A stretch of DNA of 64,000 nt from Escherichia coli (GTDB lineage: Bacteria > Pseudomonadota > Gammaproteobacteria > Enterobacterales > Enterobacteriaceae). Positions 1-11,942 of this stretch are shown here, piece by piece; position 1 is the stretch's first letter, and each line of letters opens with the position of its first letter. Location of the stretch: the NCBI RefSeq assembly GCF_003991155.1, contig NZ_CP031293.1; one strand, written 5' to 3'. The notes beneath the pieces were generated by a model. That model saw only the letters and a program-made list of their open reading frames with translations. It searched no databases and was not told where the DNA came from. The translations under genes and the position numbers were made by a program.

Positions 1-1335
1 TTCAACAGATGCATCGGTGATCACCTGCCAGCGCGTTTTATTATCCAGCGTGGCGTCAGGATGCTGGTGCTGCCACTCTTCCAGCCGTTTATGCGCATTC
101 TCGATCATGACGATAGCGGCATCGACCATCGCCCCGACGGCAATCGCAATGCCACCCAACGACATAATATTGGCGTTCAGTCCCTGAAAGTGCATGACAA
201 TAAAAGCAATACACAACCCCAGCGGCAACGAAATAATCGCCACCAGCGCCGAGCGCACATGCCAGAGAAACAGCGCACAGACTACCGCCACCACAATAAA
301 CTCTTCCAGCAACTTGCCACTGAGGTTGTCAATGGCGCGGTCAATGAGCTGGCTGCGATCGTATGTTGTAACTATCTCCACGCCTTCCGGCAGACTGCTT
401 TTCAGCGTTTCCAGTTTGTCCTTCACGGCAGCGATCACTTCACGGGCGTTTTTGCCGGAACGCAGGATCACCACCCCGCCCGCCACTTCGCCTTCGCCGT
501 TCAGTTCGGCAATGCCCCGGCGCATCTCCGGGCCAACCTGGACCTTCGCAACATCACGCAGATAAACGGGCACGCCATTTTCACTGGCTTTTAAAACGAT
601 GTGATTAAAGTCGTCGAGCGTTTGCAGATAGCCGCTGGCGCGCACCATATATTCCGCTTCCGCCAGTTCGATCGACGAACCGCCCGTTTCCTGGTTTGAA
701 GCATCCAGCGCGCTTTTTACTTCGGCGAGACTGATGCCATACTGCGCCAGGCGCTGAGGATCGATAACCACCTGATACTCTTTCACCACACCGCCCACCG
801 ACGCCACTTCCGCAACGTCAGGGATGGTTTTTAGCTCATATTTGAGAAACCAGTCCTGCAATGAGCGTAAATCGGCCAGATCGTGCTTACCGCTGCGATC
901 CACCAGTGCATATTCATAGATCCAGCCAACACCCGTGGCATCTGGCCCCAGCTCGGCGCTGACTCCCGCAGGCAGCTTACCCTGTACCTGGTTGAGGTAC
1001 TCCAGCACCCGCGAGCGCGCCCAGTACGGATCGGTGCCATCTTCGAAAATGACATACACATAAGAGTCGCCAAACTGCGAGAAACCGCGCACAGTCTTCG
1101 CGCCAGGCACCGACAACATGGTGGTGGTTAGCGGATAAGTCACCTGATTTTCAACGATTTGCGGTGCCTGACCGGGATAGCTGGTTTTAATAATCACCTG
1201 TACATCAGAGAGATCCGGCAGTGCATCCACTGGCGTGTTAATGATAGTCCAGGTGCCCCAGATACTCAGAAACAACGCGCCCATCAGCACCAGAAAACGG
1301 TTCGTCACCGAGCGACGAATAATCCATTCAATCAT
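1..1335 (-). CDS. cusA: CusA RND Cu(I)/Ag(I) efflux pump, N-terminal 445 codons (continues beyond window start)
   Basis: Reverse translation from the ATG at 1335 reads [24 protein letters not shown]... with no stop before position 1. It starts 11 nt after the cusB stop. cusCFBA synteny. Confidence 0.95.
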   Translation of the reverse strand, partial: MIEWIIRRSVTNRFLVLMGALFLSIWGTWTIINTPVDALPDLSDVQVIIKTSYPGQAPQIVENQVTYPLTTTMLSVPGAKTVRGFSQFGDSYVYVIFEDGTDPYWARSRVLEYLNQVQGKLPAGVSAELGPDATGVGWIYEYALVDRSGKHDLADLRSLQDWFLKYELKTIPDVAEVASVGGVVKEYQVVIDPQRLAQYGISLAEVKSALDASNQETGGSSIELAEAEYMVRASGYLQTLDDFNHIVLKASENGVPVYLRDVAKVQVGPEMRRGIAELNGEGEVAGGVVILRSGKNAREVIAAVKDKLETLKSSLPEGVEIVTTYDRSQLIDRAIDNLSGKLLEEFIVVAVVCALFLWHVRSALVAIISLPLGLCIAFIVMHFQGLNANIMSLGGIAIAVGAMVDAAIVMIENAHKRLEEWQHQHPDATLDNKTRWQVITDASVE

Positions 1336-1346
1336 TGGCTATTCCC

Positions 1347-2570
1347 TCAATGCGCATGGGTAGCACTTTCAGAGCGCATCCGCTCCAGTGCGCCAGAAAT
1401 ATTGGCTTCAGAATCAATCAGGAACAGGCCGCTGGAAACCACCTTTTCACCTTCCGCCAGACCAGAGCGTAACGCGGTGACGCCTTGCGATGCCTGGAAA
1501 ACGGCAACGCGTTTCGGTACAAAGCATCCGTCAGCATCAACGGTAATCACCCGCTGTTCACTGCCGGTATCAATCAGCGCCTGTGACGGAATGAGCAGCA
1601 TCGGTTCGCTGGCGGTATTGAGTTGCAACCAGGCGTTCATGCCCGGTTTTAGCGCCTCGTCGGCGTTGTCGATTTCCAGACGCAACTGCAGCGTGCGGGT
1701 CGCGGCATCCACGCCGGGTAGCAGGGTCCATTTGCGAATGGTGAGTGTTTTATCAGGTCGCGCCGGAACGGTGAGCGTAAACTGCGAGGCATCTTTCACC
1801 AGCCAGGCGATGGACTCCGGGATCGCAGCAGTGACCCACACCGGGTCCATACCCTGAATTTTCGCGACCACGTTATCTTTGGCGATATTCATTCCCGCGC
1901 GCAGATCAAACGCGGTGATCACGCCATCAATGGGCGCTTTGAGCGTAAAGCGAGTCTGGATTTTTTGCGTGGCGATCAGGCGGCGAATATCCGCCTCCGG
2001 CATTCCCGCCAGTCTCAGCCGCTCAAGAATGCCTTCAGTCTGGGTCGCCGTACCGCCGGTTTCGCGCAGCAGTAAATACTCACTCTGCGCTTCCACCCAG
2101 TCGGGAATGGTCAGGTCGAGAAGCGGCGCGCCCTTTTGCACTTTATCGCCCACGGTAAGCGGATACACCTTGTCGATAAACCCGGCGGCGCGGGCCTGCA
2201 CAATGGCAAACTGATACTCGTTGTAACTGACATTAGCGGGGAAACTCTGGGCAAAAGTCAGCGGCCCGCGCGTGACGGTCGCCGTTTTCACCCCCAGATT
2301 CTGCGTCTGGGTCGGGTCAATGCGTACACCAGACGCAGAACTCTCTTCATCGGCATATTTCGGCACCAGATCCATATCCATAAACGGCGATTTACCTGGT
2401 TTATCGAACCGCGTATTGGGATACATCGGGTCGTACCAGAATAAGATTTTACGTTCTGCGGTCGGCGTTTTTTCTGCGGGCGGTTCAGCCTTTGCAAACC
2501 AGGTAAAACCTGCCGCAGAAATAATACCGCCCGCGATCATGCTGCCGATAATAAGCGCGATTTTTTTCAT
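1347..2570 (-). CDS. cusB: CusB periplasmic membrane-fusion adaptor of the Cus efflux system
   Basis: 407-aa ORF with N-terminal anchor MKKIALIIGSMIAGG. Positioned between cusF and cusA. Confidence 0.95.
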   Translation of the reverse strand: MKKIALIIGSMIAGGIISAAGFTWFAKAEPPAEKTPTAERKILFWYDPMYPNTRFDKPGKSPFMDMDLVPKYADEESSASGVRIDPTQTQNLGVKTATVTRGPLTFAQSFPANVSYNEYQFAIVQARAAGFIDKVYPLTVGDKVQKGAPLLDLTIPDWVEAQSEYLLLRETGGTATQTEGILERLRLAGMPEADIRRLIATQKIQTRFTLKAPIDGVITAFDLRAGMNIAKDNVVAKIQGMDPVWVTAAIPESIAWLVKDASQFTLTVPARPDKTLTIRKWTLLPGVDAATRTLQLRLEIDNADEALKPGMNAWLQLNTASEPMLLIPSQALIDTGSEQRVITVDADGCFVPKRVAVFQASQGVTALRSGLAEGEKVVSSGLFLIDSEANISGALERMRSESATHAH

Positions 2571-2585
2571 CTCATTAAACCTGGG

Positions 2586-2918
2586 TTACTGGCTGACTTT
2601 AATATCCTGTAATAAAGAAAGGTTGCCCTGCTGGACAAAATTAAACGCCACTTTGTCGCCAGTTTTAATTTCGCTCATTTTCGTCTGCGGGGTGATGGTA
2701 AAGCGCATGGTCATCTCCGGCCAGTTCACGGCAGCAATCGGAGCGTGATGGATGGTGATTTTTTTGCTTTCCAGATCAATACCTTTTACCACGCCAGTGG
2801 CGCTAATAACCTGTGGTTGTGCTTCGCTCATGGTTTCATGATGATGTTCGTTAGCCTGGGCATTAAAGCCAATAACGGTAAACAGACTGAACATTGCGAC
2901 TTGCAGTGCTTTTCTCAT
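2586..2918 (-). CDS. cusF: CusF periplasmic Cu/Ag chaperone
   Basis: ORF trimmed to the internal start MRKALQVAMFSLFTVIGFNAQA (signal peptide), giving 110 aa. Contains the NEHHHETM region. Lies after the cusC stop at 2942. Confidence 0.9.
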   Translation of the reverse strand: MRKALQVAMFSLFTVIGFNAQANEHHHETMSEAQPQVISATGVVKGIDLESKKITIHHAPIAAVNWPEMTMRFTITPQTKMSEIKTGDKVAFNFVQQGNLSLLQDIKVSQ

Positions 2919-2941
2919 ATATTCTCTCCTGGAGTTAAAAA

Positions 2942-4324
2942 TTATTGCTGCCAACCGCCGCCTAAGGCGGCATATAAAGAAATTTCGTTAACCTGACGGG
3001 CATAATTCAGGTCAAGTAAAGTTTGTCGGGTTGCAAATAAAGAACGCTCAGCATCCAGCACTTCCAGATAACTTACCGCGCCGTGCTGATATAATGCCCG
3101 CGCCCGTTGCAAAGTAATTTGCAGCGACGCAAGATAACGCTGCTGGGCGCTGATTTGATCGTTCAGGCTTTGACGTAATGCCAGCGCATCTGCCACTTCT
3201 TTAAAGGCGTTCTGGATTTTCTGTTCATAATTCACCACCGACTGCTGCTGGCGAATTTCGGCGATATCCAGATTGGCCTGGTTGCGTCCGGCATTAAAAA
3301 TGGGGATCTCAATTTTAGGAATAAAATTCCACATCCCGCTGCTGGCGTTAAATAATGACGACAGATCGCTGCTGGCGGTTGATATTTCGCTGGTCAGGCT
3401 GATAGACGGGAAAAATGCCGCACGCGCAGCACCAATATTGGCATTAGCCGCCATTAACGCGTGTTCAGCTTCCATAATATCCGGGCGCTGCAATAAGATT
3501 TGCGACGACAAGCCCGCCGGTAATTTAACGCTTTGCAGGCTGTCGCTGTTTACTGTCTGCGCTTGCGGCAGCTTGCCGTAGCTTCCCAATAACAGTTGCA
3601 ATGCATTATTCGCCTGCGCCAGTTCCCCCTGACGTTTAGCGATGTCGCTGCGGGTACTTTCTATCACCCCGCGAGCCTGTTCCAGCGCCAGAACATTGCT
3701 GCTACCGGTCAACAGTTGTTTTTCGACAAACGCATATGACTGCTGATAATTACGCAGCGTTTCTTCGGCTATTTGCAATTGCGCATACGCCAGTTGCTGA
3801 TTGAAATAGCTTTGTGCGACATTAGAAACTAGCAAAATATGCACCGCGCGCTGAGCTTCCTCAGTGGCTAAATAATTTTGGCGCTCGGCTTCGCTCATGT
3901 TCTTTAAGCGACCGAAAAAATCGAGATCAAAGCTGGCGTTAAGGCCAGTCGAGAACTCCCGCGTCGTGGCTGAATCGCCTTTAAGATTGCCGCTCCAGCT
4001 GCCGCTGCCCTCGCCATTGAGCTGTGGGTAGCGGTCGGCATCGGTCAGACGATATTGCGCCCGCGCTTCCTGCACTTTCAGCGCCGCCATGCGCAAATCC
4101 CGGTTATTCACCAACGCCTCGCTAATCAGCGTCTTCACCCGATTATCAACAAAAAAGGTGCGCCAGCCCGCGTTCTGGTAGTTATCTGCTGCGTTAACCA
4201 GGCCGTTCTGGCTGAGTGAGAACTGCTGCGGCACGGGCATTGCCGGACGCTGATAATCCGGTGCCAGTGAACAACCGGTTAGCGCAAGGGCCACACAAAA
4301 TGGCAGAAGTTTACAAGGAGACAT
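2942..4324 (-). CDS. cusC: CusC outer-membrane factor lipoprotein
   Basis: 460-aa ORF with lipobox LALTGCSL. OMF-type repeats. First gene of cusCFBA. Confidence 0.95.
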   Translation of the reverse strand: MSPCKLLPFCVALALTGCSLAPDYQRPAMPVPQQFSLSQNGLVNAADNYQNAGWRTFFVDNRVKTLISEALVNNRDLRMAALKVQEARAQYRLTDADRYPQLNGEGSGSWSGNLKGDSATTREFSTGLNASFDLDFFGRLKNMSEAERQNYLATEEAQRAVHILLVSNVAQSYFNQQLAYAQLQIAEETLRNYQQSYAFVEKQLLTGSSNVLALEQARGVIESTRSDIAKRQGELAQANNALQLLLGSYGKLPQAQTVNSDSLQSVKLPAGLSSQILLQRPDIMEAEHALMAANANIGAARAAFFPSISLTSEISTASSDLSSLFNASSGMWNFIPKIEIPIFNAGRNQANLDIAEIRQQQSVVNYEQKIQNAFKEVADALALRQSLNDQISAQQRYLASLQITLQRARALYQHGAVSYLEVLDAERSLFATRQTLLDLNYARQVNEISLYAALGGGWQQ

Positions 4325-4393
4325 AGGCTCATAATTTCTGGTGATTTTATGCCGCCAACTTTACTCGCCAGGCTCTGATTTTCCGGTGACAGG

Positions 4394-4415
4394 AAAATGA
4401 CAAAATTGTCATTTT
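4394..4415. promoter_or_regulatory. CusR box in the cusC-cusR divergent intergenic region
   Basis: AAAATGACAA-AA-TTGTCATTTT, with perfect 10-bp inverted arms, lying between the divergent cusC and cusR starts. Confidence 0.8.
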
Positions 4416-4480
4416 GCCAATAAGCGATTGCCATCTGATCCCGCTACTCTAGAATTGCCCGGGCAACATGCGGAGGAAAT

Positions 4481-5164
4481 ATGAAACTGTTGATTGTCGA
4501 AGATGAAAAGAAAACCGGAGAATACTTGACCAAAGGGTTAACCGAAGCCGGTTTTGTGGTCGATTTGGCCGACAACGGGCTGAATGGCTACCATCTGGCG
4601 ATGACCGGTGATTATGATCTGATAATCCTCGATATTATGCTGCCGGACGTGAACGGCTGGGATATCGTGCGCATGTTGCGTTCCGCCAATAAGGGGATGC
4701 CGATTCTGTTGCTTACCGCGCTTGGCACCATTGAACATCGCGTCAAGGGGCTGGAGTTGGGGGCCGATGACTATCTGGTGAAGCCGTTCGCTTTTGCTGA
4801 ACTGCTGGCGCGGGTGCGCACTCTCCTGCGGCGCGGGGCGGCGGTGATTATCGAAAGTCAGTTTCAGGTTGCCGATCTGATGGTCGATCTCGTCAGCCGC
4901 AAAGTCACCCGCAGCGGCACGCGCATCACTCTGACCAGTAAAGAATTTACTCTGCTGGAGTTTTTCCTTCGCCATCAGGGCGAAGTGCTGCCCCGCTCGC
5001 TTATCGCCTCGCAGGTATGGGACATGAATTTCGACAGCGACACTAACGCCATTGATGTGGCGGTGAAGCGGCTACGCGGCAAAATCGACAACGACTTTGA
5101 GCCGAAGCTGATTCAAACCGTGCGCGGCGTGGGTTACATGCTTGAGGTACCGGATGGCCAGTAA
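4481..5164 (+). CDS. cusR: CusR OmpR-family response regulator
   Basis: 227 aa. Receiver domain (MKLLIVEDE...[15 protein letters not shown]) plus a winged-helix C-terminus. Confidence 0.95.
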
Positions 5165-6596
5165 GCCATTTCAGCGCCCGTTTTCGCTGGCAACCCGCCT
5201 GACCTTTTTTATCAGCCTGGCCACCATCGCGGCGTTTTTCGCCTTTGCATGGATCATGATCCACTCAGTAAAAGTGCATTTTGCCGAGCAGGATATTAAT
5301 GATTTAAAAGAGATTAGCGCCACCCTTGAACGGGTACTAAATCACCCTGACGAAACGCAAGCCCGACGCTTAATGACGCTGGAAGATATTGTCAGTGGTT
5401 ATTCCAACGTGTTGATTTCCCTGGCAGATAGCCACGGCAAAACGGTGTATCACTCCCCCGGTGCGCCTGATATCCGCGAGTTTGCACGTGATGCCATACC
5501 CGATAAAGACGCTCGGAGCGGCGAGGTGTATCTCCTTTCCGGCCCGACAATGATGATGCCAGGCCACGGTCACGGGCATATGGAACACAGCAACTGGCGG
5601 ATGATTAACTTGCCGGTTGGCCCGTTGGTGGACGGCAAACCGATTTATACGCTCTACATCGCGCTTTCGATCGATTTTCATCTTCATTACATAAATGATT
5701 TGATGAATAAACTTATTATGACCGCATCGATCATCAGCATCCTGATCGTCTTTATCGTGCTGCTGGCGGTACATAAAGGCCACGCGCCAATTCGCAGCGT
5801 CAGCCGTCAAATCCAGAACATTACCTCGAAAGATCTCGACGTTCGCCTCGATCCACAGACCGTGCCCATTGAACTCGAACAACTGGTGCTGTCGTTCAAC
5901 CATATGATCGAGCGTATCGAGGATGTCTTTACCCGCCAGTCCAATTTCTCAGCGGATATCGCTCACGAAATTCGCACGCCGATTACGAATCTCATAACGC
6001 AAACGGAAATCGCCCTCAGCCAGTCGCGCAGTCAGAAGGAGCTGGAAGATGTGCTCTACTCTAATCTCGAAGAGCTGACTCGAATGGCGAAAATGGTCAG
6101 CGATATGTTGTTTCTCGCCCAGGCCGATAACAACCAGTTAATCCCCGAAAAGAAAATGCTCAACCTGGCGGATGAAGTCGGCAAAGTGTTCGATTTTTTC
6201 GAGGCGTTAGCGGAAGATCGCGGCGTGGAGTTGCGGTTTGTTGGTGACGAGTGTCAGGTTGCGGGCGATCCGCTGATGTTGCGTCGGGCGTTAAGCAACC
6301 TGCTTTCGAACGCCCTGCGTTATACGCCACCCGGAGAGGCAATTGTTGTGCGCTGCCAGACGGTCGATCACCAGGTGCAAGTTTCCGTCGAAAACCCCGG
6401 TACGCCCATTGCGCCCGAACACTTACCGCGATTGTTTGACCGTTTCTACCGCGTTGATCCTTCCCGCCAGCGAAAAGGCGAAGGTAGCGGCATTGGGCTG
6501 GCGATAGTGAAATCAATTGTTGTCGCGCATAAAGGCACGGTTGCAGTAACTTCAGATGCGCGCGGAACAAGGTTTGTTATCATATTACCCGCTTAA
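5154..6596 (+). CDS. cusS: CusS copper/silver sensor histidine kinase
   Basis: Start trimmed to [10 protein letters not shown], giving 480 aa. Two TM segments, H-box [14 protein letters not shown] and HATPase motifs. Overlaps the cusR end by 11 nt. Confidence 0.9.
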
Positions 6597-6745
6597 TCCT
6601 TCAGCAAACGGCAACTTTTATAACCAGTGTAAAAATAACGTGCCGCAATAATCCTACCTATTAATGATAAAAAGCTGTCACAATTCATAAAAAACTTTAA
6701 TATACGCCACCCTAAACATAACCAGCGTTAATGTAAGGTTTTTGT

Positions 6746-8983
6746 GTGGACTGGCTTCTTGATGTTTTTGCTACCTGGCTCTACGGCTTAAAAGTAATCG
6801 CGATAACGTTAGCGGTCATCATGTTCATCAGCGGGCTGGACGATTTTTTTATTGATGTCGTCTACTGGGTACGCCGCATTAAACGCAAGTTGAGTGTTTA
6901 TCGCCGCTACCCGCGAATGAGTTACCGCGAACTGTATAAACCAGATGAAAAACCGTTAGCGATTATGGTTCCGGCGTGGAATGAAACGGGCGTCATCGGC
7001 AATATGGCCGAGCTGGCGGCGACCACGCTCGACTACGAAAACTATCATATCTTTGTTGGCACCTACCCCAACGACCCCGATACTCAGCGTGATGTTGACG
7101 AAGTGTGCGCTCGCTTCCCGAACGTGCATAAGGTAGTCTGCGCGCGTCCTGGCCCCACCAGCAAAGCCGACTGTCTGAACAACGTGCTGGACGCCATCAC
7201 CCAATTTGAACGTAGCGCCAATTTCGCTTTTGCTGGTTTTATTCTGCATGACGCCGAAGATGTGATTTCACCGATGGAATTGCGTCTGTTCAACTATCTG
7301 GTCGAGCGTAAAGATCTGATTCAGATCCCAGTGTATCCGTTCGAACGCGAATGGACGCACTTCACCAGCATGACTTACATTGATGAGTTTTCAGAACTGC
7401 ATGGCAAAGATGTTCCGGTGCGTGAAGCCCTCGCCGGACAAGTGCCCAGCGCAGGCGTCGGCACCTGTTTCAGCCGCCGCGCCGTGACCGCTCTGTTAGC
7501 TGACGGTGACGGTATTGCTTTCGACGTGCAGAGTCTGACTGAAGATTACGATATTGGCTTCCGCCTGAAAGAAAAAGGTATGACGGAAATTTTTGTCCGT
7601 TTTCCGGTGGTGGACGAAGCCAAAGAACGCGAGCAGCGTAAATTTTTACAGCACGCGCGGACGTCAAACATGATCTGCGTGCGCGAATATTTCCCCGATA
7701 CCTTTTCGACGGCGGTTCGACAAAAATCTCGCTGGATCATCGGCATTGTTTTCCAGGGCTTTAAAACCCATAAATGGACCTCCAGCCTGACGCTGAACTA
7801 CTTTCTCTGGCGCGACCGCAAAGGGGCAATCAGTAACTTTGTCAGCTTCCTCGCGATGCTGGTGATGATCCAGCTTTTGCTGTTACTGGCGTATGAAAGT
7901 TTGTGGCCCGATGCCTGGCATTTCCTTTCTATTTTCAGCGGCAGCGCATGGTTAATGACCCTGCTGTGGCTAAACTTTGGTTTGATGGTTAACCGCATCG
8001 TGCAGCGGGTGATTTTTGTCACTGGCTACTACGGTCTGACGCAGGGGCTGCTATCTGTCCTGCGTCTTTTCTGGGGCAACCTGATTAACTTCATGGCCAA
8101 CTGGCGCGCGTTAAAACAGGTACTTCAACACGGCGATCCACGTCGCGTCGCGTGGGATAAAACAACGCATGACTTCCCCAGCGTGACTGGCGATACCCGC
8201 TCGTTGCGCCCGTTAGGCCAAATTCTGCTGGAAAATCAGGTCATCACTGAAGAACAACTCGATACAGCACTGCGTAATCGCGTCGAAGGTCTACGCCTGG
8301 GCGGTTCAATGCTGATGCAGGGGCTGATTAGCGCCGAACAGCTGGCACAGGCGCTGGCAGAGCAAAACGGCGTGGCGTGGGAGTCGATCGACGCCTGGCA
8401 GATCCCTTCATCACTGATTGCCGAAATGCCGGCTTCCGTGGCGCTGCATTATGCAGTACTGCCGCTGCGTCTGGAAAATGATGAGTTAATTGTCGGCAGT
8501 GAAGATGGTATTGACCCGGTTTCGCTGGCAGCCCTGACGCGTAAAGTCGGACGCAAAGTGCGTTACGTCATTGTTCTGCGGGGACAAATTGTCACCGGAT
8601 TACGCCACTGGTATGCACGCCGACGCGGTCACGATCCGCGGGCAATGTTGTACAATGCAGTTCAGCATCAGTGGCTCACGGAACAGCAGGCCGGTGAAAT
8701 CTGGCGGCAATATGTGCCGCATCAGTTCCTGTTCGCCGAAATACTGACCACGCTCGGTCATATTAATCGTTCAGCAATTAACGTGTTGTTATTGCGCCAT
8801 GAACGCAGTTCTCTGCCGCTCGGCAAGTTTTTGGTCACCGAAGGCGTTATCAGCCAGGAAACGTTGGATCGCGTCCTGACAATTCAACGCGAATTACAAG
8901 TTTCGATGCAATCACTATTACTCAAAGCAGGTTTAAACACAGAAAAGGTTGCGCAACTGGAGTCCGAAAATGAAGGAGAATAA
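6746..8983 (+). CDS. nfrB: NfrB inner-membrane family-2 glycosyltransferase (phage N4 adsorption protein B)
   Basis: 745 aa with a GTG start. N-terminal TM, GT2 core (HDAEDV) and multiple TM segments. nfrB-nfrA-ybcH synteny. Confidence 0.9.
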   Translation: MDWLLDVFATWLYGLKVIAITLAVIMFISGLDDFFIDVVYWVRRIKRKLSVYRRYPRMSYRELYKPDEKPLAIMVPAWNETGVIGNMAELAATTLDYENYHIFVGTYPNDPDTQRDVDEVCARFPNVHKVVCARPGPTSKADCLNNVLDAITQFERSANFAFAGFILHDAEDVISPMELRLFNYLVERKDLIQIPVYPFEREWTHFTSMTYIDEFSELHGKDVPVREALAGQVPSAGVGTCFSRRAVTALLADGDGIAFDVQSLTEDYDIGFRLKEKGMTEIFVRFPVVDEAKEREQRKFLQHARTSNMICVREYFPDTFSTAVRQKSRWIIGIVFQGFKTHKWTSSLTLNYFLWRDRKGAISNFVSFLAMLVMIQLLLLLAYESLWPDAWHFLSIFSGSAWLMTLLWLNFGLMVNRIVQRVIFVTGYYGLTQGLLSVLRLFWGNLINFMANWRALKQVLQHGDPRRVAWDKTTHDFPSVTGDTRSLRPLGQILLENQVITEEQLDTALRNRVEGLRLGGSMLMQGLISAEQLAQALAEQNGVAWESIDAWQIPSSLIAEMPASVALHYAVLPLRLENDELIVGSEDGIDPVSLAALTRKVGRKVRYVIVLRGQIVTGLRHWYARRRGHDPRAMLYNAVQHQWLTEQQAGEIWRQYVPHQFLFAEILTTLGHINRSAINVLLLRHERSSLPLGKFLVTEGVISQETLDRVLTIQRELQVSMQSLLLKAGLNTEKVAQLESENEGE

Positions 8984-11942
8984 CCTTAATCGCGTCATCG
9001 GATGGTCTGGTTTACTGCTGACGTCTTTATTGAGTACCAGCGCACTCGCAGACAATATCGGCACCAGCGCAGAAGAGCTGGGGCTGAGCGATTATCGCCA
9101 TTTCGTTATTTATCCCCGTCTCGACAAGGCGCTGAAGGCACAGAAAAATAACGACGAAGCAACCGCCATCCGCGAATTTGAATATATACACCAACAGGTG
9201 CCGGATAATATTCCACTAACTTTATACCTTGCGGAAGCCTATCGCCATTTTGGTCATGATGACCGGGCGCGGCTGTTGCTTGAGGATCAACTGAAACGTC
9301 ACCCAGGAGATGCCCGACTTGAGCGCAGTCTGGCGGCTATTCCAGTTGAAGTGAAAAGCGTTACGACTGTTGAAGAACTGCTGGCCCAGCAAAAAGCGTG
9401 CGATGCTGCGCCGACCCTGCGTTGTCGCAGTGAAGTTGGGCAGAATGCCCTGCGGCTGGCACAATTACCTGTCGCCAGAGCGCAACTGAACGATGCGACG
9501 TTTGCTGCATCGCCGGAAGGAAAAACGCTGCGAACCGATCTGCTGCAACGGGCAATCTACCTGAAACAATGGTCCCAGGCAGATACGCTATACAATGAAG
9601 CACGCCAGCAGAACACATTAAGCGCGGCAGAACGCCGCCAGTGGTTTGATGTGCTTCTTGCCGGGCAGCTGGACGATCGGATCCTGGCGCTGCAATCACA
9701 GGGGATCTTCACCGATCCTCAGTCATATATTACTTACGCGACCGCGCTGGCTTATCGTGGCGAAAAAGCACGCCTCCAGCGTTATCTCATTGAAAATAAG
9801 CCGCTGTTTACCACGGACGCACAAGAGAAAAGTTGGCTCTATCTGATATCTAAATACAGCGCCAACCCCGTTCAGGCGTTGGCGAATTATACGGTACAGT
9901 TTGCCGATAACCGCCAGTATGTTGTTGGCGCGACGCTACCGGTGCTGTTAAAAGAAGGTCAGTACGACGCAGCGCAAAAACTGCTCGCCACCCTCCCCGC
10001 CAATGAAATGCTTGAGGAGCGTTATACCGTTAGCGTAGCGACCCATAACAAGGCTGAAGCTCTGCGTCTGGCACGATTGCTGTATCAGCAAGAACCGGCA
10101 AATCTTACCCGCCTGGATCAACTGACCTGGCAACTGATGCAGAACGAGCAGTCACGCGAAGCTGCCGATTTATTGCTGCAACGCTATCCTTTCCAGGGCG
10201 ATGCGCGTGTCAGCCAGACGTTAATGGCGCGACTGGCGTCTCTGCTGGAAAGTCATCCTTACCTGGCAACGCCGGCGAAGGTGGCGATTTTATCGAAACC
10301 CTTACCGCTGGCGGAGCAACGTCAGTGGCAAAGTCAGTTGCCGGGTATTGCAGATAATTGCCCGGCTATAGTTCGCTTGCTGGGCGATATGTCGCCTTCC
10401 TACGATGCCGCCGCCTGGAACCGTCTGGCAAAGTGTTATCGGGACACGCTACCCGGTGTGGCGTTGTATGCATGGCTTCAGGCCGAACAACGACAACCGA
10501 ACGCCTGGCAACATCGTGCGGTAGCCTATCAGGCGTATCAGGTTGAGGACTACGCCACCGCACTGGCGGCCTGGCAGAAAATCAGTCTTCACGACATGAG
10601 CAATGAGGATCTGCTTGCTGCTGCCAATACCGCCCAGGCGGCAGGAAATGGTGCGGCTCGCGATCGCTGGCTTCAGCAGGCAGAACAACGTGGGCTGGGA
10701 AACAATGCCCTCTACTGGTGGCTGCATGCGCAACGTTACATTCCTGGTCAGCCGGAACTCGCACTGAACGATCTCACGCGCTCAATCAATATTGCGCCTT
10801 CTGCCAACGCTTACGTTGCGCGGGCGACAATTTATCGCCAACGTCATAATGTCCCGGCGGCGGTGAGTGATTTGCGCGCCGCGCTGGAACTGGAACCGAA
10901 TAATAGCAACACCCAGGCAGCGCTCGGTTACGCCTTGTGGGATAGCGGTGATATCGCACAGTCGCGGGAAATGCTCGAACAGGCGCATAAAGGGCTACCG
11001 GACGATCCGGCACTTATCCGACAACTGGCCTACGTGAACCAGCGTCTGGATGACATGCCTGCGACGCAGCACTACGCCCGGCTGGTGATTGATGACATTG
11101 ATAATCAGGCGCTGATAACCCCACTGACCCCAGAGCAAAATCAGCAACGCTTCAATTTCCGCCGTCTGCATGAGGAGGTCGGTCGCCGCTGGACGTTCAG
11201 TTTCGATTCTTCTATCGGCTTGCGTTCCGGCGCAATGAGTACCGCTAACAATAATGTCGGCGGCGCAGCGCCAGGGAAAAGCTATCGTAGCTACGGGCAA
11301 CTGGAAGCCGAGTACCGCATCGGACGCAATATGCTGCTGGAAGGCGACCTGCTCTCGGTTTACAGCCGTGTATTTGCCGATACCGGTGAAAACGGGGTGA
11401 TGATGCCGGTGAAAAATCCGATGTCCGGCACCGGTCTGCGCTGGAAGCCGCTGCGCGATCAGATCTTTTTCCTCGCCGTCGAACAGCAGTTGCCGCTGAA
11501 CGGCCAAAATGGCGCATCCGATACCATGCTGCGCGCCAGCGCCTCATTCTTTAATGGCGGCAAATACAGCGACGAATGGCACCCGAACGGTTCAGGCTGG
11601 TTTGCCCAAAACCTGTACCTCGATGCGGCGCAATATGTCCGCCAGGATATTCAGGCGTGGACGGCAGATTATCGCGTCAGCTGGCATCAGAAGGTGGCTA
11701 ACGGACAGACTATTGAGCCTTACGCTCACGTTCAGGACAACGGCTATCGTGATAAAGGCACTCAGGGCGCGCAGCTTGGCGGAGTCGGGGTCCGCTGGAA
11801 TATCTGGACCGGCGAGACGCACTACGACGCCTGGCCGCACAAAGTCAGTCTCGGCGTCGAGTATCAACATACCTTTAAGGCGATTAATCAACGTAACGGA
11901 GAGCGCAACAACGCGTTTCTCACCATTGGAGTGCACTGGTAA
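8970..11942 (+). CDS. nfrA: NfrA outer-membrane protein (phage N4 receptor, TPR plus barrel)
   Basis: Start trimmed to MKENNLNRVIGWSGLLLTSLLSTSALA (signal peptide), giving 990 aa. The C-terminus ends in the beta-barrel-like FLTIGVHW. Confidence 0.9.
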   Translation: MKENNLNRVIGWSGLLLTSLLSTSALADNIGTSAEELGLSDYRHFVIYPRLDKALKAQKNNDEATAIREFEYIHQQVPDNIPLTLYLAEAYRHFGHDDRARLLLEDQLKRHPGDARLERSLAAIPVEVKSVTTVEELLAQQKACDAAPTLRCRSEVGQNALRLAQLPVARAQLNDATFAASPEGKTLRTDLLQRAIYLKQWSQADTLYNEARQQNTLSAAERRQWFDVLLAGQLDDRILALQSQGIFTDPQSYITYATALAYRGEKARLQRYLIENKPLFTTDAQEKSWLYLISKYSANPVQALANYTVQFADNRQYVVGATLPVLLKEGQYDAAQKLLATLPANEMLEERYTVSVATHNKAEALRLARLLYQQEPANLTRLDQLTWQLMQNEQSREAADLLLQRYPFQGDARVSQTLMARLASLLESHPYLATPAKVAILSKPLPLAEQRQWQSQLPGIADNCPAIVRLLGDMSPSYDAAAWNRLAKCYRDTLPGVALYAWLQAEQRQPNAWQHRAVAYQAYQVEDYATALAAWQKISLHDMSNEDLLAAANTAQAAGNGAARDRWLQQAEQRGLGNNALYWWLHAQRYIPGQPELALNDLTRSINIAPSANAYVARATIYRQRHNVPAAVSDLRAALELEPNNSNTQAALGYALWDSGDIAQSREMLEQAHKGLPDDPALIRQLAYVNQRLDDMPATQHYARLVIDDIDNQALITPLTPEQNQQRFNFRRLHEEVGRRWTFSFDSSIGLRSGAMSTANNNVGGAAPGKSYRSYGQLEAEYRIGRNMLLEGDLLSVYSRVFADTGENGVMMPVKNPMSGTGLRWKPLRDQIFFLAVEQQLPLNGQNGASDTMLRASASFFNGGKYSDEWHPNGSGWFAQNLYLDAAQYVRQDIQAWTADYRVSWHQKVANGQTIEPYAHVQDNGYRDKGTQGAQLGGVGVRWNIWTGETHYDAWPHKVSLGVEYQHTFKAINQRNGERNNAFLTIGVHW

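Noticed and set aside
61-594. 177-aa and 123-aa plus-strand ORFs at the window start.
   Set aside because: They are antisense to the clearly identified cusA coding sequence and have His/Arg/Gln-rich nonsense composition.
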